This document shows, in pieces, positions 27,322-41,988 of a stretch of DNA of 64,000 nt. Position 1 is the first letter of the stretch; the number at the start of each line of letters is the position of its first letter. The translations under genes were made by a program, and so were the position numbers. This DNA is from Basidiobolus meristosporus CBS 931.73. Taxonomy: Eukaryota; Fungi; Basidiobolomycota. The stretch covers positions 55,624 to 119,623 of the forward strand of contig MCFE01000239.1 of assembly GCA_002104905.1 (NCBI GenBank). The letters run 5' to 3'. The notes beneath the pieces are model-generated. The model saw nothing but the letters and a program-made list of their open reading frames with translations, was not told the origin of the DNA and ran no database searches.

Positions 27322-30300
27322 ATGAACGTTGTGCGACTAGGTCGTCCTAAGGGTGGTTTAAATGCACCACTACACTCGATATCTCTCCTACGGTTTAAAT
27401 TATATCCTCGATCTCGCTTTGCTTATGTAAAGTTTCGTTTGAAATCTGATACTCTCAACTCGCCAGCTTCTGGTAAATTTATTCACCTACAGATCTATTA
27501 CTTCTAAGTACGTATGGAGAATATATATTAATCGGTTTTTTATTAGACATCCCTCGCAATGAACTAGGAATTCAGATGTTAAGCAAAGAGTTAAAGGAAC
27601 AGATCTTTCCAGGCACGAAAAGCTCTGTTCCAAAAATCAAGGCAGCTCTTGCTGTTGAGCATTTGAAGCGGCAAAATATCTGGGGAAAGAATGTGCAACC
27701 AGTACCTAACACCGGATTCAAACTCCCTCCACTAAAAGGTGGCAATATTGAAGAGCACTTCAAGATACTAGGAAAGAATCAGTCTGAACCTTATTTGAGT
27801 CGTGCAAAAGCCTGGTCAAATTCCAAAGAGTTGCCACCGCGACCAACCAATTGGCAGTTTATATCTGGTTGGACAAAATATGACTTGGATGGATCCGCAA
27901 TACCTGTAAAATATCCTGAAGACGATTTCTTAGTTTTCGACATTGAAACTTTATTATCAGAAAGTGATTATCCTTTATTTGCAGTGGCTGTCGGTTCTTC
28001 TGGCTGGTATGCCTGGGTGTCTCCTCGGTTAACCGGTGAAAGTGACAAACTCAGCCATCTCATTCCTATGGGTAACACCGGAAAAGTTATTGTTGGTCAC
28101 AACGTCGGTTTCGATCGTGCTAGAATCTTAGAGGAATACAATGGATCTGGATCAAACAACGTGTTTTTAGATACGATGTCGCTTCATATCGCAGTCGGAG
28201 GGCTCTCAAGTCATCAGAGAGTTAGTTGGATAAACTATGCCAAAGCGGTAGAGAAGAATGATTCGGAGTATTTGCAAAACGAGCAAGTTACGGGTAGATA
28301 TTTCGGCGTGAGCTCCATCAACCGACTTTCAGAAGTAGCCAAGCTATATTGTGGGATTCACCTTGACAAGTCTGCCAGAGATCTTCTAGTTAGTGGCACT
28401 ATTGAGGAGATCAGAGATGAAATATATCCGTTAATGGACTATTGTGCAAGTGATGTATCGGCTACCCACGAGGTGTTCAAAAAGGTTTTCCCCCGATTTC
28501 TTCGGAAATGCCCTCATCCCGTCTCCTTTGCTGGGATACTTCATATGGGTAACTCGTTCTTGACCGTTAATAGGACCTGGGAGGAGTATATCGAAAAATC
28601 TGAAAAAACCTATAACGATATGTCGAGAAGTATTGAGAACAAACTTAAGGAGCTAGCATTGGCAGCAATGAAAACGTCAGAGGATGGTTCTTTTGCGGAT
28701 GATGATTGGTTGAAGCACCTGGACTGGACGACTACTCCATTAAAGATGACCAAGCCAAAGTTCAAGAAGGATGGAACCTACGCTAAAAATGGAGAACCTC
28801 GCCCCTATACGAATCAATTTCTTCCTGGATATCCTGAATGGTACAAGGCTAGCTACGATAAGAAGAGCAATGATTTACGCATCACTACACGTACTCGTAT
28901 CGCGCCGTATTTACTCAAGCTGAAATGGCGGGGCTACCCGGTTTATTACTCGAAAGGTCACGGTTGGACCTTCCGTGTCCCCGTAGAAGATGATATTGGT
29001 GGAAATGTCAAGCCCTGTACCTTCACTGAGGACCCGTTGGACCCAAACTACGAAGAATACCCTATCTCAGATGTAGCTGGAAAATACTATCGAATCCCAC
29101 ACAAAGATGGTGAGCAAGCAAAGTGTGGGAATCCCCTAAGTAAAGGGTATATCAATGCCTTTGAGGATGGGATTTTAACATCAGAATACCCTGCTGCAAG
29201 AGAGGCGTTGAACATGAATGCAATGTGCTCCTATTGGATTAGTGCACGAGAGCGTATCCGGTCGCAGTTTGTCGTTTGGAACAAGGAAAATGAGCATGTT
29301 GGGAATTTAGGATTCGCAGAGCAAGAACCGGACAATGAGGTTGGTATAATTCTGCCCCAGACTGCTACCATGGGAACTATCACTCGCAGAGCTGTAGAAG
29401 CTACTTGGTTAACGGCCAGTAATGCCAAAAAGAATCGTATTGGATCCGAATTGAAGTCAATGATTCGTGCACCGCCAGGTTACTTAATTGTTGGTGCTGA
29501 TGTAGATTCAGAGGAGCTGTGGATTTCTAGCTTGATGGGAGATGGCCAATTCGGATTACATGGTGCCACGGCCCTCGGTTGGATGACGCTTCAGGGGACG
29601 AAATCTCAAGGAACTGATCTTCATTCAAAGACTGCATCCATCGTCGGCATCAATCGAGATCAAGCTAAGATCTTCAACTATGGGCGTATCTATGGCGCAG
29701 GCTTGAAGTTTGCAACACAGCTACTGTTGCAGTTTAATCCAGAAGTGGACGAAAAAACAGCGGTGGAACGTTCAACCACATTATACAACGCTACGAAAGG
29801 TGTCAAAGAGAGAAGCTTGAAATATTTCGGAAAGCCTTTTTGGCATGGCGGAACCGAAAGTTATATGTTCAATTGTTTAGAGCATATTGCTACCTCGGCA
29901 AACCCTACCACGCCAGTACTTGGATGTACCATTCCTGACGCATTGCTTCCCGAAAATGTTGAGAACCAGGTACCTTCAGAGTTCTCATTCCTGTAATCAC
30001 CAATTGATCTAACATTTGATAGTTTATGACTTCCAGAGTTAATTGGGTGGTGCAATCATCTGGTGTAGACTATTTACATTTACTTCTAGTGTCCATGAAG
30101 TATTTGATCGATAGATACAACATCCAAGCACGTTTCATGGTCTCTGTCCATGATGAAGTTCGATACTTGGTTAAAAAGGAAGACCAGTATAGAGCAGCAT
30201 TAGCCATGCAGATTAGTAATTTATGGACACGTTCTTTATTCAGTTACAAAGTTGGAATTCATGATTTACCTCAAGTAAGTAGGAATAATACTCAGAAATG

Positions 30301-30901
30301 GGTTTACAGTAATTTAACTCCATTCTAGTCGGTGGGCTTCTTTTCCTGTGTTGACATCGATCATGTCCTCCGCAAAGAAACCGATATGGACTGCGTGACA
30401 CCGTCAAACCCAGAACCCATTCCTCACGGGCATCAGTATACTATCGAGGATATCCTCGAAAAAACGAATAACGGTCAATTGGGAGATCCCATCGAAGAGA
30501 CTGTTGAAGAAAATACACCCAATGCCTCTAAAAAACCGACTTTTGAGTTCGAGGAATATTTTGACCGAGAATATCTAGAAGCTCAGATGTATACTGATAT
30601 TAGTGACATCGAGGCTGTTCTATCCGGACGGCAAAGCCCATTCATAGAGGATAACCTTCGTGAGATCGAGAAAATCTCCAACCCGGGTGATTCAGAGGAG
30701 ATAATTGTAGATATAGAAACAGCACTTGGTGAGCCTAAATCTAAACCGGAAACGAAAGAGGTCGATGCGTCATCCCCAACCTACATCACAGGTTCGTTGA
30801 ATCAGCTGCTAGGCAAGAAGGCACCAGGAGCTCGCGGAAACTCTAAGCGTAGATCCCAACTAAACAAATTCATCAATCAAGCATCGAGAAGTAATGAATG
30901 A
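27322..30901 (+). CDS. MIP1: Mitochondrial DNA polymerase gamma (introns about 27473-27546, 29970-30022, 30275-30328)
   Basis: Exonuclease motifs [32 protein letters not shown]. Polymerase motifs [54 protein letters not shown]. First exon is basic and presequence-like. Confidence 0.97.
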
Positions 30902-31755
30902 GTAGTGGTACATGTTTACTCGAATGAAAGCTTTTCCAAATCCAATCATTAGATAAGCCAGCCGTATATAGCATATACACCCATTATTGTCATATGTAGT
31001 TTGTTTTTGCCTCGTTCATATGATCCATTCCAATATACAAATCTCTGTACAGTCATGAAAAATCGCCACGTTTTTCGAGCAGTCCAAGTAGCACTCCTGG
31101 CGCAACAATCCAATGAGCTTCCGCTCGGTGCAGGAAGTTCAGCAGGAAACAGGAGATATCCACTTATTTACTTCTAGTCAATAAATTCGACCAGATCATA
31201 GAGTCTAGAGGAGGAGCCAGCAGTAACAAGACTTCAATTTCCAAACTGTCGGTAGAAATCGAAGTGTCCTAGGCTAAGCCTTGAGTTGTATGCCGTAACT
31301 AGTAATATTTCGAGCTGACGGTGACAATGGATTTTATACAATGGCGATTCAGTTGCGCGCTAGGGGCTACCAAGAAAGAAATCGGATTGAATCGAGTAGG
31401 CTTGGGCTGATTCGAATAGGATTAGGCTTGGCCTGTTCTATCCGTTTACGTAGGTACCAGTTCACTCAGTAGACCTTTTGAGGCGGTTTAGACACCAACA
31501 GAAGATGATAAGCAATCGAATCTATCCAATCTTCCGACAGATGGTGTACATAAGAAATGAAGGGGGTGTTGATGATGGATTATATGGCAGGGACGGGCTT
31601 AGAAACCAGCCCAGCTTAGCCATATAAATGGCTCGCCGCTGCTCCAAACTTGTGGCACATCGAAAAGTATTTTTCATAGGAATCACAATCATTCTGGAGA
31701 GTAGGTAACAAGCAAAGTGAACTAACCGAACTAGATTCACTTCTTCAAAATCGCC

Positions 31756-32754
31756 ATGGCCTCAGCATTTCACCAGCCTCCGGGAACCTTTCCGGAACTT
31801 GAAAAAACCGTCCAGTGGATCAACCTAGCATCGTTGGCAACAACTCTGTTCGTTGCTGTAGACCTCACCTCGGTCATCATCACTCGACGGTATCTGATAA
31901 ATCGGTTTTCCGGCCGGATGGTGTTACGACTATGTGTGGCGGATATCATGGTGGCCGTGAGCAATATCTTGAGTGAGAGGTTCACCACTGTTTCTGGGTG
32001 CATCGTTCTGAACGCTATCAATCAATTTGGCATGCTGGTTTCAGCACTGCTGACCGTGGCCCTGGTTCATAACTTGCGGCTTGTGCTGGTGGAGGGAAAG
32101 CGTGATACCTCGAGACATGAACGAATGTATGTGGTGGCGACCGTCGTGGTATCGCTAGTTGCCACCCTGATCCCAGCCATCTTTGGCTGGGTGAATGGAG
32201 TGTGTGTGGGATATGAATCGATTAGCCCGGCCCCAATAAGGCTCCTGTCCATTTACCTCACATATTTCTTGTGGATCCTGCTCGCACTTCTGTATTCAAT
32301 CTTTGCCATCCCCATTGTCCTGATGCGCCGACCTAAGAAGTCTCGCGTGCTATCGACCTCGAGCACGAGCGCGGCGTCAGCAAAATACGGCCAGGTATCC
32401 AAAAAAGCTGCCCCGTCCACTGCAGAGAGAGAGATCCGCGCCACAGTTTTTAGGATCGTTGGGTACGCCTGGGTTTTGCTGCTCACTCACTTGCCGGTTG
32501 TGTTATCGGTCACCTACAACACAATCCATGCCAGCGAGTCAGGGTCAACGTTTCTGACTTACCTGATGTACGTTACTGCGCCTACCTTGGGTTTACTTCA
32601 CTTCATTATTTTCCTGTTTGATCCAGCCTTCAGGTATGTATTTCCACTGCGCAAGAAGGAGAGTCTTGGAGAACAGGCATGGCAGCTTGTGGATGATGTA
32701 GCTAGCTTAGAGATGCCCTCAGCCGATAATATGCATATCATGAAGTTGATCTAA
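31756..32754 (+). CDS. Seven-transmembrane GPCR-like protein (cAMP-receptor/Git3-like), 332 aa
   Basis: About 7 hydrophobic segments, L..AD in TM2, Cys at the start of TM3, basic third cytoplasmic loop. Intronless ORF. Confidence 0.7.
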   Translation: MASAFHQPPGTFPELEKTVQWINLASLATTLFVAVDLTSVIITRRYLINRFSGRMVLRLCVADIMVAVSNILSERFTTVSGCIVLNAINQFGMLVSALLTVALVHNLRLVLVEGKRDTSRHERMYVVATVVVSLVATLIPAIFGWVNGVCVGYESISPAPIRLLSIYLTYFLWILLALLYSIFAIPIVLMRRPKKSRVLSTSSTSAASAKYGQVSKKAAPSTAEREIRATVFRIVGYAWVLLLTHLPVVLSVTYNTIHASESGSTFLTYLMYVTAPTLGLLHFIIFLFDPAFRYVFPLRKKESLGEQAWQLVDDVASLEMPSADNMHIMKLI

Positions 32755-33609
32755 CCCCGATTGGTGCAATTCGTGGCATCTACTCGTTTCCTTTCAGACT
32801 CACTTCGAACGCTCCCCCATGCTTTGACATCTTCCGCACCATCTTTTTATCTTTGGGACACTTGATACCTGCTGTTTGGGTAAGAAATTTGCATCCACCC
32901 GATACCATCTACATCACGAACCACTCTGTACCATAACCATGCTTAAGCTCGTAGAGGAAGAGAAGGTACGTAGCGCACTGCCCTATACATTTCCCACCAG
33001 ATATTCACCGTTTTCTCGAGCAAGCTTCCGATATCATCCATTCATTTCTTCCTTCATCAAGTTAACTCTTCGAAACACCCAAGAATCTCTACAGTCTGTA
33101 GATACATGCTGCTGCTCTATATTTTACCGCAATAAATGCCATATGTCACACACTGCTGCCGCCTTCCTTCCGGCTGTTCCCTCTTCATGCATCCGGATCC
33201 CAAATGGATTCTTCGGGAATGGCTGGCTACGAGTGCAGAACTCCGACAAGAATCGAGGCCCAAAAGGGGATGGCAATTGGATTACACATCAGATACAGTC
33301 ATTGGGGAAGCGATAGCTAGAAAAGGAAGACCAGTTTGTTGGTTTTGGTATCGGCAGATACGCGTACGTTTATTCGTGCGAAAGGAAATTTGCTATGTGA
33401 CGAGATCTACAAACCATATATAGGCGTCCACCGATAATCCACTGGAAATGCGCAGATATCGCAGGATCCCGGTGGGTAGAAGCTAATGCATTAGGCGAGT
33501 GAATGCGAAGGAATCGTTCTCGAGGAGAGGCGCTAGTATTCAACGGATAATGTACAAATTGTTACAGAGTTCACCACTCACGGGTGCTTGGGGCAACCAA
33601 CGCTAGGGA

Positions 33610-34639
33610 CTAGATCTTACTCGTGATCCTGTTCCACTCGTACCATCTGTTCCCGAAGCCCAGTATCACTTGCGCTAGGTCTCGGATGAACTTCTTTCGA
33701 TTTCCAAGGTCAAATCTGATGCTTGCGGGCAATTCCACCTGCAACGTGTCCAGCCCGCCGACCTTCCAGTATCTGTACGTGCAGTATCCGCCACGATAGT
33801 ACTTCTCACTGCTGGGAGAGGGGTGCTGCGGCGACGGGACTGTCTTATATCCTAAGGACTCCAGTAATCCACCGAACGACTCGTCGCCTCTGAGCAGCTC
33901 GCCGATTTTGGTGTTCGGATGACGGGCAAGCAGACGGCTAAGGCTGAACGGACCAGCATACGAGTCCAACTCCTGGTCAGTGTGCTCGAGCTCGGAGCTA
34001 TTCAAAAGATACCCTAGCTCGATCCAGTTTTGCGGGTGCCTTTGTCCTGCGATTGGGTGGGTGCGTGGATGCGTGGATTGCAGACACAAATTAGGGAATC
34101 CAGGTTGCATATGGGCAGTCGATTAGAGAAGGCTTACCATGAATATCCAAATAAATCCCGGTTCCGTACAGATTTTGGATCTCCTCACAGGCTTGTGACA
34201 GTCTGGCGTGGTATTTAAAATAAACCTCGGCCGCTTTGGTGTTGTCGTAGGCCAAACTCCCAGGCCTCCTGTTCATATCCACCTTGCTACGACGTAAGTG
34301 GCATATCACCAGGTACGGCCTTTTGCCCATATCACCGAGATACTCAACCAGCAGTCGAGCAATCTCCTGCGTGTGTAGATCCCCCAGCAGACTGGCATTT
34401 GGCGACTTCCGTCTCTCCGGAAACTCTGCTGGGTCTAAATAGCCGCCGTGTGAGGCGCTGATGACTAAGGGGAAGTTGCCTGGGATGTACTCCACATAAT
34501 CGGTGGTAGGCATGTCTTTCGGGAAGGCATGCTTGCTGGTGAATTTCGAGATGGCGCCGGGGTCGATGCTCTCAGCGGTTGGACAGGTGTCTTTTAGGAG
34601 CGAGTTAGCGAGCAGGGATTCTAAGTGGACCTGTTTCAT
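33610..34639 (-). CDS. N-formylglutamate amidohydrolase-like Zn-dependent hydrolase (one intron about 34050-34137)
   Basis: PLVISASHGG, RSKVDMNR, YLDIHG|QRHPQNWIELGY, TLQVELP match FGase-family motifs. A GT-AG intron joins the two ORFs. Confidence 0.75.
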
Positions 34640-35746
34640 CAGTGCGTCGGGTTGCTTTGTGTCAAGGGGATGGTGGGCAACACCAGCTCGATTACAGTAT
34701 ATTTAAGGGAGTGGGGATGGCCTAATAATCATTACGTGTATGCGAAGACTAGTTGCCTCATATTCACAAACCATGTCCAGCGAGTCTCGTGAGTCTTCAC
34801 CTCCAACCAAATCCGGCAATCCACCGCTTTTCAATATACGTGATTACATATTCAGTGATAATCAAGAAGCAGACGCTGTGCATAAATCACAACTCTAAGC
34901 TTATTTGAATCAGCTGAGTTGCTGCAAATGGCTTCGCGCCAAGGGTAAAACCGGATGAAGCACCGTCAAGAAGGGTGCTGGATATATCGGAAGAATCGGA
35001 TCTTGAAACCACTGGCAGCGAAAGGAATGAGGCAATAGGGACATATAGGAGGATGGGAGGATATGCGTGATTGCATCTCCAGCTCAAACATGGACGCTGG
35101 CACCCTACCACCGATCAGCCTGCGCTGGTCAGCCGCAATCAAATGACATCTAGGAATAGCGTAGTCTCAGATGTCGATTCCAGCAGATCATCTTCCTCTC
35201 AGTCGCCATAGATGGTAGGCTGTGGTGATTCCCATAGGCGGAGCGTGCGGGAATGCTAGGTAAATCGCGCCGTGAACCAGGTTGCTGCACAGAGAACCAC
35301 AATGCGATGTCATATTTGTTTGGATAGGCGAAATGAGTCACTGCCTTCTGTATATCTATATCTAGATGGGATTTTTTGGTAGATTTGATTGATTGTAGCC
35401 ATCGGACGCTATGTTGGCTTCCAACCCACCACACCATACGGCAAAATTATCGGGACCAAATCGGGATGCCCGGGTTTGCTATCAGCCAACTTAGGCAACA
35501 CTGGGTTACACTACCCAGGAATGGACCAAACTCAGATTGGCATATCAAAATTAGAACCATTAGATGGAAGGTAGTCAAGGCGAGTGAAGCTTATAAGTGG
35601 TGGAAGAGAGTTTTTTGACAAGACCATTCCTGTAGATAAATAGATATTGGCTGGTACCGCGTGTTGGCCATTTGTTTCCACTCTTCCCGGAAACAACGTA
35701 GAACTAGCTCGAAAGCTCCCTTCCTCTCGCCCTGTGCATATTCACT

Positions 35747-37086
35747 ATGGAAAGCAACAGAACACTAAGCGTCTACGAGAGCGCCGTCATTTCGGCCATC
35801 GCTCCGGCGATTGCAGTTTTTTTCAGTAACCCTTTCGACGTTGGTACGTGATCAATCGTTTTTCTTCCCCCTACTCCACTGTGATGTTGACAGCCGTCGT
35901 CTAGCCAAAGTGAGGATGCAGCTTCAAGGGGAAAACCAGGCAGTCGGCAGAGTACGTATCTCCCTCTTCCGGCCGTTGTCAACATTGAATCTAACTCTCC
36001 GTTGCAACCCCAATCACAGGCCTACAAGCATAGCTTTGACTGTATTTATAAGATGGGAAGTCAAGAAGGTGAGCTTTGACTCCAGCTTACCATTGATGGC
36101 TGTGTCAAGTAGATCTAAATGTTTGCACAAGGTTTCCACGCGTTGTACAAAGGAATCGTTCCTGCAGTATTCCGGGAAGCTTCCAAAAACCTGTTTCGCA
36201 TTGTAAGCTCAAGAAATTGGTGAATTGTACTTCCAATGTATAGTGGTTGATGCTCTCTCTTCTAGGGAATGTTCGAGCCTATTCTAAACACCATACACAA
36301 TCCGAACAGCGGAACAAGCGCTCCTGCTTGGAAAAGAATGGTCGTCGGTTGTTTGTGTGGTGCTATGGGCGCCTTGAGCTGCAACCCGTTCGAATTAGCA
36401 AAGACGAGGTACCTGAAGACTCTAACTGATCTCTACTCAAATTATACTGACGCTGATCGAATCGCTCTAGGCTTCAATCATCAGTGAAAAGTGTTGCAGG
36501 TGCCAAGGTTGGCTTTCAGCATGGTTACACTGGCTTGTGGGATGCGCTTCGCAGCATCGTAAAAAGAGATGGCTTCTCGGGGCTATATCGGGGTTCGACC
36601 ATGTCGATGACTCGTTCCTTGGTTGGAAGCGGGTCAAACATGACCATTTACTCACTGACGAAGGAATCCATGTTGCGTAGAGGATATGCCGACGTTGCTT
36701 GGGTAGATACCGGCTGTGGTTTCTTCAGCGCCTTCTGGTCAGTTATATGCATGAACCCAATTGACACACTCAGAGTAAGCACCAGTCTCATTCAACACGG
36801 CAAGCTTGCATTTCTAATCTCTTATTTAAAGACTCGTTACTACAATCAACCCACTTTCCCTGACGGAAGAGGCCAGCTATATTCCAGCGGCTTTGACGCA
36901 TTCAGAAAAGTAACCAAGGCCGAAGGCTACTCAGCCCTATACAAAGGCTTCGTATCGCATTTTCTTAGAATAGGGCCTCATTTCGCATTATCCTTTTGCT
37001 TTATTGGGATACTTCGTCGCCAGTACTGGGCATATCAAGATTATCGCGAAAATAGGTCTAGCATCAAGCGTTTGTCGTTGAACTAG
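35747..37086 (+). CDS. Mitochondrial carrier, OAC1/SLC25A34-35-like (multi-exon)
   Basis: Three carrier signatures (NPFDVAKVRMQLQGE, NPFELAKTR, NPIDTLR) plus GLYRG and LYKGFVSHFLRIGPH. Confidence 0.9.
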
Positions 37087-39571
37087 TTTTGGAGCTCTTC
37101 CGCCCTTGAATTTTTGTAAAGCACTCTTCAGTCCTCTTCCTCATTTATTAGAAGTAGCGTTGTTGGAAAGAAAGTCCCTATCCACGAACGCGATAATGCA
37201 TAGAGACCATCAGAGAAAGTCATAATCTTTATCACATAATCACCCACCCTTCACACATCTTGACAATATAGATTGATTTCGCCAATTAAAGCATATCGAT
37301 TTGATTTTTGGAGTATATGGATGCTCACCAGGATGCGGCTGATTAACTGATCCTGGTTGAAAGCCCGATAGCATTGTGATCGATGCCAGGATTGGCACTG
37401 TTTGGGGGCGAGGACAGCTGAACCAACTAATTGCGGACGAATATTGGCCCTTGCAATTGGGATTCATGCCTATTATGGCGAGGCAGGAACGTAGCATTCC
37501 AGATCGCCCGTTGAAGTTGGGCCGGTAATCGTACGAGCTGTAGCATCGAAGACATGGATTGCGATGCAGATGGCATTCACCTCGGGATCAGGATGGACTT
37601 GGGGTTGGACCGCCCTGAAATTTGGCTGAAAAGTCACGGGGGCTGTTGCAATGTTGGTTGCTGCCTCCCTGTCAACCGAAAACAACGGCCATTCAATGAT
37701 CGGAAGAGTTGGCTCTCGGCGAGGATTCACCAGCCGCTTGATATCCCTCAACCGCACTCATTCTTGTTTCGAACGATGGAAAGCGCAAGCAGAGCGATCA
37801 TCAAAGTTCTATTTGAGCCGACGTTATGCAGCGCTTGCAGTGGGCCCTCTGATGCATAGATGAGTCCACCCTCATGAATCAACGTAACCAACTCCACGAA
37901 ATTATCGCCACCCATCGGTGCGATGCCCATATCCAGTAACCGCGCGAGCAACGACTATCCCCCATCAGCATTCTTTCCTTTTACGTACAAATGATATGCA
38001 ACGCCTCTTTGTTTTGTGAATGAACTTCAGCATCAAGGCACTGTCTTTTGTTTCTCGTATACATGGGTGGCTTCCAAATAGAAGTCGCATGACGATATGC
38101 GAGATGGGCTGCAATGTAAGGATCCAAGGTTTAGCATTAGGCTGTCACACCTGGACTGCCCATCACTGAAGACTGCCTAGCTTGGACTGCATGAAACTGT
38201 GGTAATCGAAGGGTCAGCATGAGGGCCAATCCTTCAATTGGGTTGAAGCCTTCCGGGTATGGCAGAGGTGTCTCATTTAGCCATCCATTCCACATTCTAG
38301 AAATATCCGAAATCGTACAATTAGCGTTTGTGAAACTCCAGGCGATATCGATTATTCTCCTTTCATCACTTTTTTCTTTCTAGAATCCATCGGGAATGAA
38401 ACAAGCGCTTGGCTCTGGTTACATCATAAGGTTGCAGATGTGCGGAATACTATGCCCAGGTAGTCCTGATCAGACATCCGATGACTCTGCTTAAAGTGCG
38501 AATGGTCTGGAGTGAATACAACGATTAACGCAAGTGGAGACCGTGTAAGGGGCAACGTGATTCTACCCGCCTTGAAAGAGCTGGTTTTTGCACGGGGATT
38601 CTTTCCTGGGCCTGCATCCGACTCAAAGAACTGCGGTTGGCAAGATCGGCAGTTGTCGTGACAGGTAGCTGCACCTCGTGTGTGCCAGATATAATTAAGA
38701 GTAGGCAAGAGAGTCGGTAAACATCGAAGTTGCATGACGTTTCATTTGTAGCACGCGCATACCGCGCATCCACAACAAACGGCTGCTGCATGTTTGAGCA
38801 GCCCATTCTACAATCATTGCTAGCCTTGGCCTCGCTTCTTGGTTCGCGCTTTGGACATCATTGTTTTGATGTTGAGCAATAAGATTCCATACATATATTA
38901 TGCCAGTCAGCTGAGCCATTGGTGATTACATCCTGAATTAATGTACCTGAATCAAATGCTCTGCCTATCACTGGCTGGCTTGCAACAACTGACACAGTTA
39001 CCTGTCTCATCTGAAAGCAGCAACGATGAAGACAATGTAATCTATTGAGCGTTAAGCAAATGAGTCCTTTACATTGTTTAGGGAAATTAGCCTGTACATC
39101 CTGTGATCCGGCCGAATTAAGTAAGAATGCATTCTTGACTCCAAGATCAATATTGTTCACTGTCCATTCTCAAATAGAGAGGGCATTCTTATTTGCGAGA
39201 CGGTATAATTGGTGGAGGATCCATTTTCGCGGTCCCTGTGTCAGTCTAGCAGTAACAGATGCCCATTTCGGGATTGAGCATATAAGTAATCAGGGTGAAC
39301 CCAATGTCCACTTGGTTAAAGGGGCTTCCTCACTTTGTCGTACCTTCCGTCTCGTTTAACTAAATATCTCTTGTCTTAAAAATTGCCTAAATAAGTCACT
39401 AACATCGCTTTTTCGCAAGCATTACCCAAAACCAAGAATCATCCTTTGCAAACCTCCTTTCCCTAAATACCACTTCCCTCTGTATTTTTGGTCCCCCTTA
39501 CATATCGTTCTTGGGATAATATCCAACGCAAGTGTACATTTTAACCGCAGTTTTTATTGGCTCACCTAGTC

Positions 39572-41988
39572 ATGGCGAACTACAAAGAAAGGTACTCGTG
39601 ATACCTGCGTTGGGTTCCTGCTGTAGAATTCTCTAACTCCTGGGTTTAGGCTACGCCGTTTTCGCGACATCACTAACGTCCACTCATATTCCCAAACTGT
39701 TGATGTAACGTACATGAAAAAACTATGCTTCCAAGGTACCCAGTTTCCCCCACGGGCTCTTCAAGCCTTGTGCTAACACGCAGTATAGGAATTCCTGACG
39801 AGCAGGGAATCAGGCCAACCTGTTGGAAGGTATTTTAGCCGCGAACCCGCATGTAGTTTCCCTTTCGATGCTAATCTCTCCCGTTTATAGCTTCTTCTTG
39901 GGTATCTGCCACCCGACAAAACTCAGTGGGGTAGTATTTTGACTGAGAACCGAGTTTGTTATTATGTGAGTCCAAAGCGCGAAATGATAGTTCGCTGGAG
40001 CCACGCTAATAATGTTTGTAGAATTTTGTAAAAGATTTGATAGTCAACCCGGGGGAAGAAGACTCTGTTTCTCCGACCGGTAGCGACCATGTAATTAGCT
40101 TTCACTCGCGCTTGATAGCCCATCTGTATTAACGTTTCCACCCTCAACCAAGCCTTTAAATAACGCACCAGATAGCAAATGGAACACGTATTTCAAGGAC
40201 AACGTTATACTGGAGCAGATTGATAAAGATGTACGCCGTACCCTCCCGGATTTCGCATTCTTTCAACAACCAGTAGAAACATCCCACTTCTCGCCGCTTT
40301 CACCCCACCCTCTGGAATCACAGCCCGTTCCCAGCAAGGAAACTTCAAGACTGTTTGAACCAATCAAGGGCAGACGTGCTTTGTTCAAGCGTTTACAGAC
40401 CATCAACAAGAACTTCGGCGCTCGAAGTCGAAACATCAGCAAACGTTCGCCTAAACCTACCAGAAAGATTTCCCTTAACATCGCAGTTAGCCCATCTTCC
40501 GAGGGCGTGGTAGACCCAGCAACTCCGTCGGAGAAAGTTGGGGACGATGAGACTTGTGATCTTCATTGGGAGGCTATCGAGCGACTTTTGTTTATATACG
40601 CGAAGCTGAACCCTGGCGTTGGATATGTTCAAGGAATGAATGAGATTTTGGGTCCTATTTATTATACCATGGCCAATGATCCAGACGAGGAGACACGAGG
40701 TAATTCCCTTCGCTTCATATGCCGCCGCACTTCCAAATTACTGACTGCATTGAATGAAGCCCACGCGGAAGCCGATTCATTCTTCGTGTTCACCCTTCTG
40801 ATGTCGAATATCAGAGATCATTTTGTAAAGTCTTTAGATCATAATACTGACTCTGGGATCAATGCATCGATGAAGCGGATGAACGAGCTGCTTAAAGAGA
40901 TGGACTACGAGCTGTGGCAGAATTTGGTAAGATCAACAGCCCTCCTAGGGAAACCAAACGAAATGATCTAACATCGTAACAAAGGAGGACAAAAATATAC
41001 TTCCGACGTATTACGCGTTCAGGTGGTTAACGGTGATGTGTACACAAGAATTCAGCCTACCTGAGGTGATCCGACTTTGGGACTCCATCCTTGCTGACCA
41101 AGACAGAGGCAACGGCTTCGGATTCCTTGATACCTTCTGTTGTGCAATGGTGATGTAAGTATGATCGAGGAATGGTGATGCTTTTATGCAAGTGCTGAAC
41201 CTTCCGCTTTTGTAGCTGCATCCGGACGGAAATCCTTTCAACCTCCTTTGTAAATACTGTCAAACTTCTGCAGGTATATCGGCATTGTAGATGATTGTTG
41301 ATTTCTTAGTGCTGACCTTTCTATCTAGAACTATCCAATCTCTGATATCCATGTTGTGCTCCAGAAAGCCTACGAACTACGGAAGCTTCAACAGCCACGT
41401 CCAGCAGGTCCCGTAACCCAGCAAGCTCCAGGAGATCCAGAGAAGGTGGAGTCCGACCTAGCAGATGGGTATCCGTCTATCCCCATCTCACCCACATGTT
41501 CTGATGTTGGTATCAATGAAAAAACTGCCGATGAGCTTCACTACAAAGCCCCTAAATTGACGGAGTACCCAACAGATGAAAGCGACGACGACGGAGAATT
41601 GTGCTTATTCAGCACCATCCCTACACCAAAGAGTCTTGGCATCAGTGAGTTAGCACATCCAACAACGCCGCCAACAACGCCACCGCGTCCGTCACCACCC
41701 AATGTACGACTGAACGGCTTGTACAAAGTGGTAGGAGGGTATGCATCGAAGGAGCGCACCAACGATTTCGAAGAAGTAGACCTTAGAAGCGACATTGATA
41801 CCCAATATCCATCAAGCAATCATGTTTCGGAAAACAAGGGGCTTCAGTTCTTGAAGTCCAAGGTGAACATATTCAGCAAGCTGAACACCAACCACGATGC
41901 TTTAGTGAGTGCTGGTTCAGTGGCATCAAAATTAGGTCAGGGCGGAAGGCGATTTGCCGCATTCTGGAAAGAGCGTAAGGCCAACTAG
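39572..41988 (+). CDS. TBC1D13: TBC-domain Rab GAP, TBC1D13-like (multi-exon)
   Basis: SKWNTYFKDNVILEQIDKDVRRTLPDFAFFQ, ERLLFIYAKLNPGVGYVQGMNEILGPIYY, EADSFFVFTLLMS, YYAFRWLTV, VIRLWDS. Confidence 0.9.

Noticed and set aside
32938-33423. Possible spliced gene starting MLKLVEEEK
   Set aside because: In-frame stop in the putative second exon and no recognisable family; at most a pseudogene.
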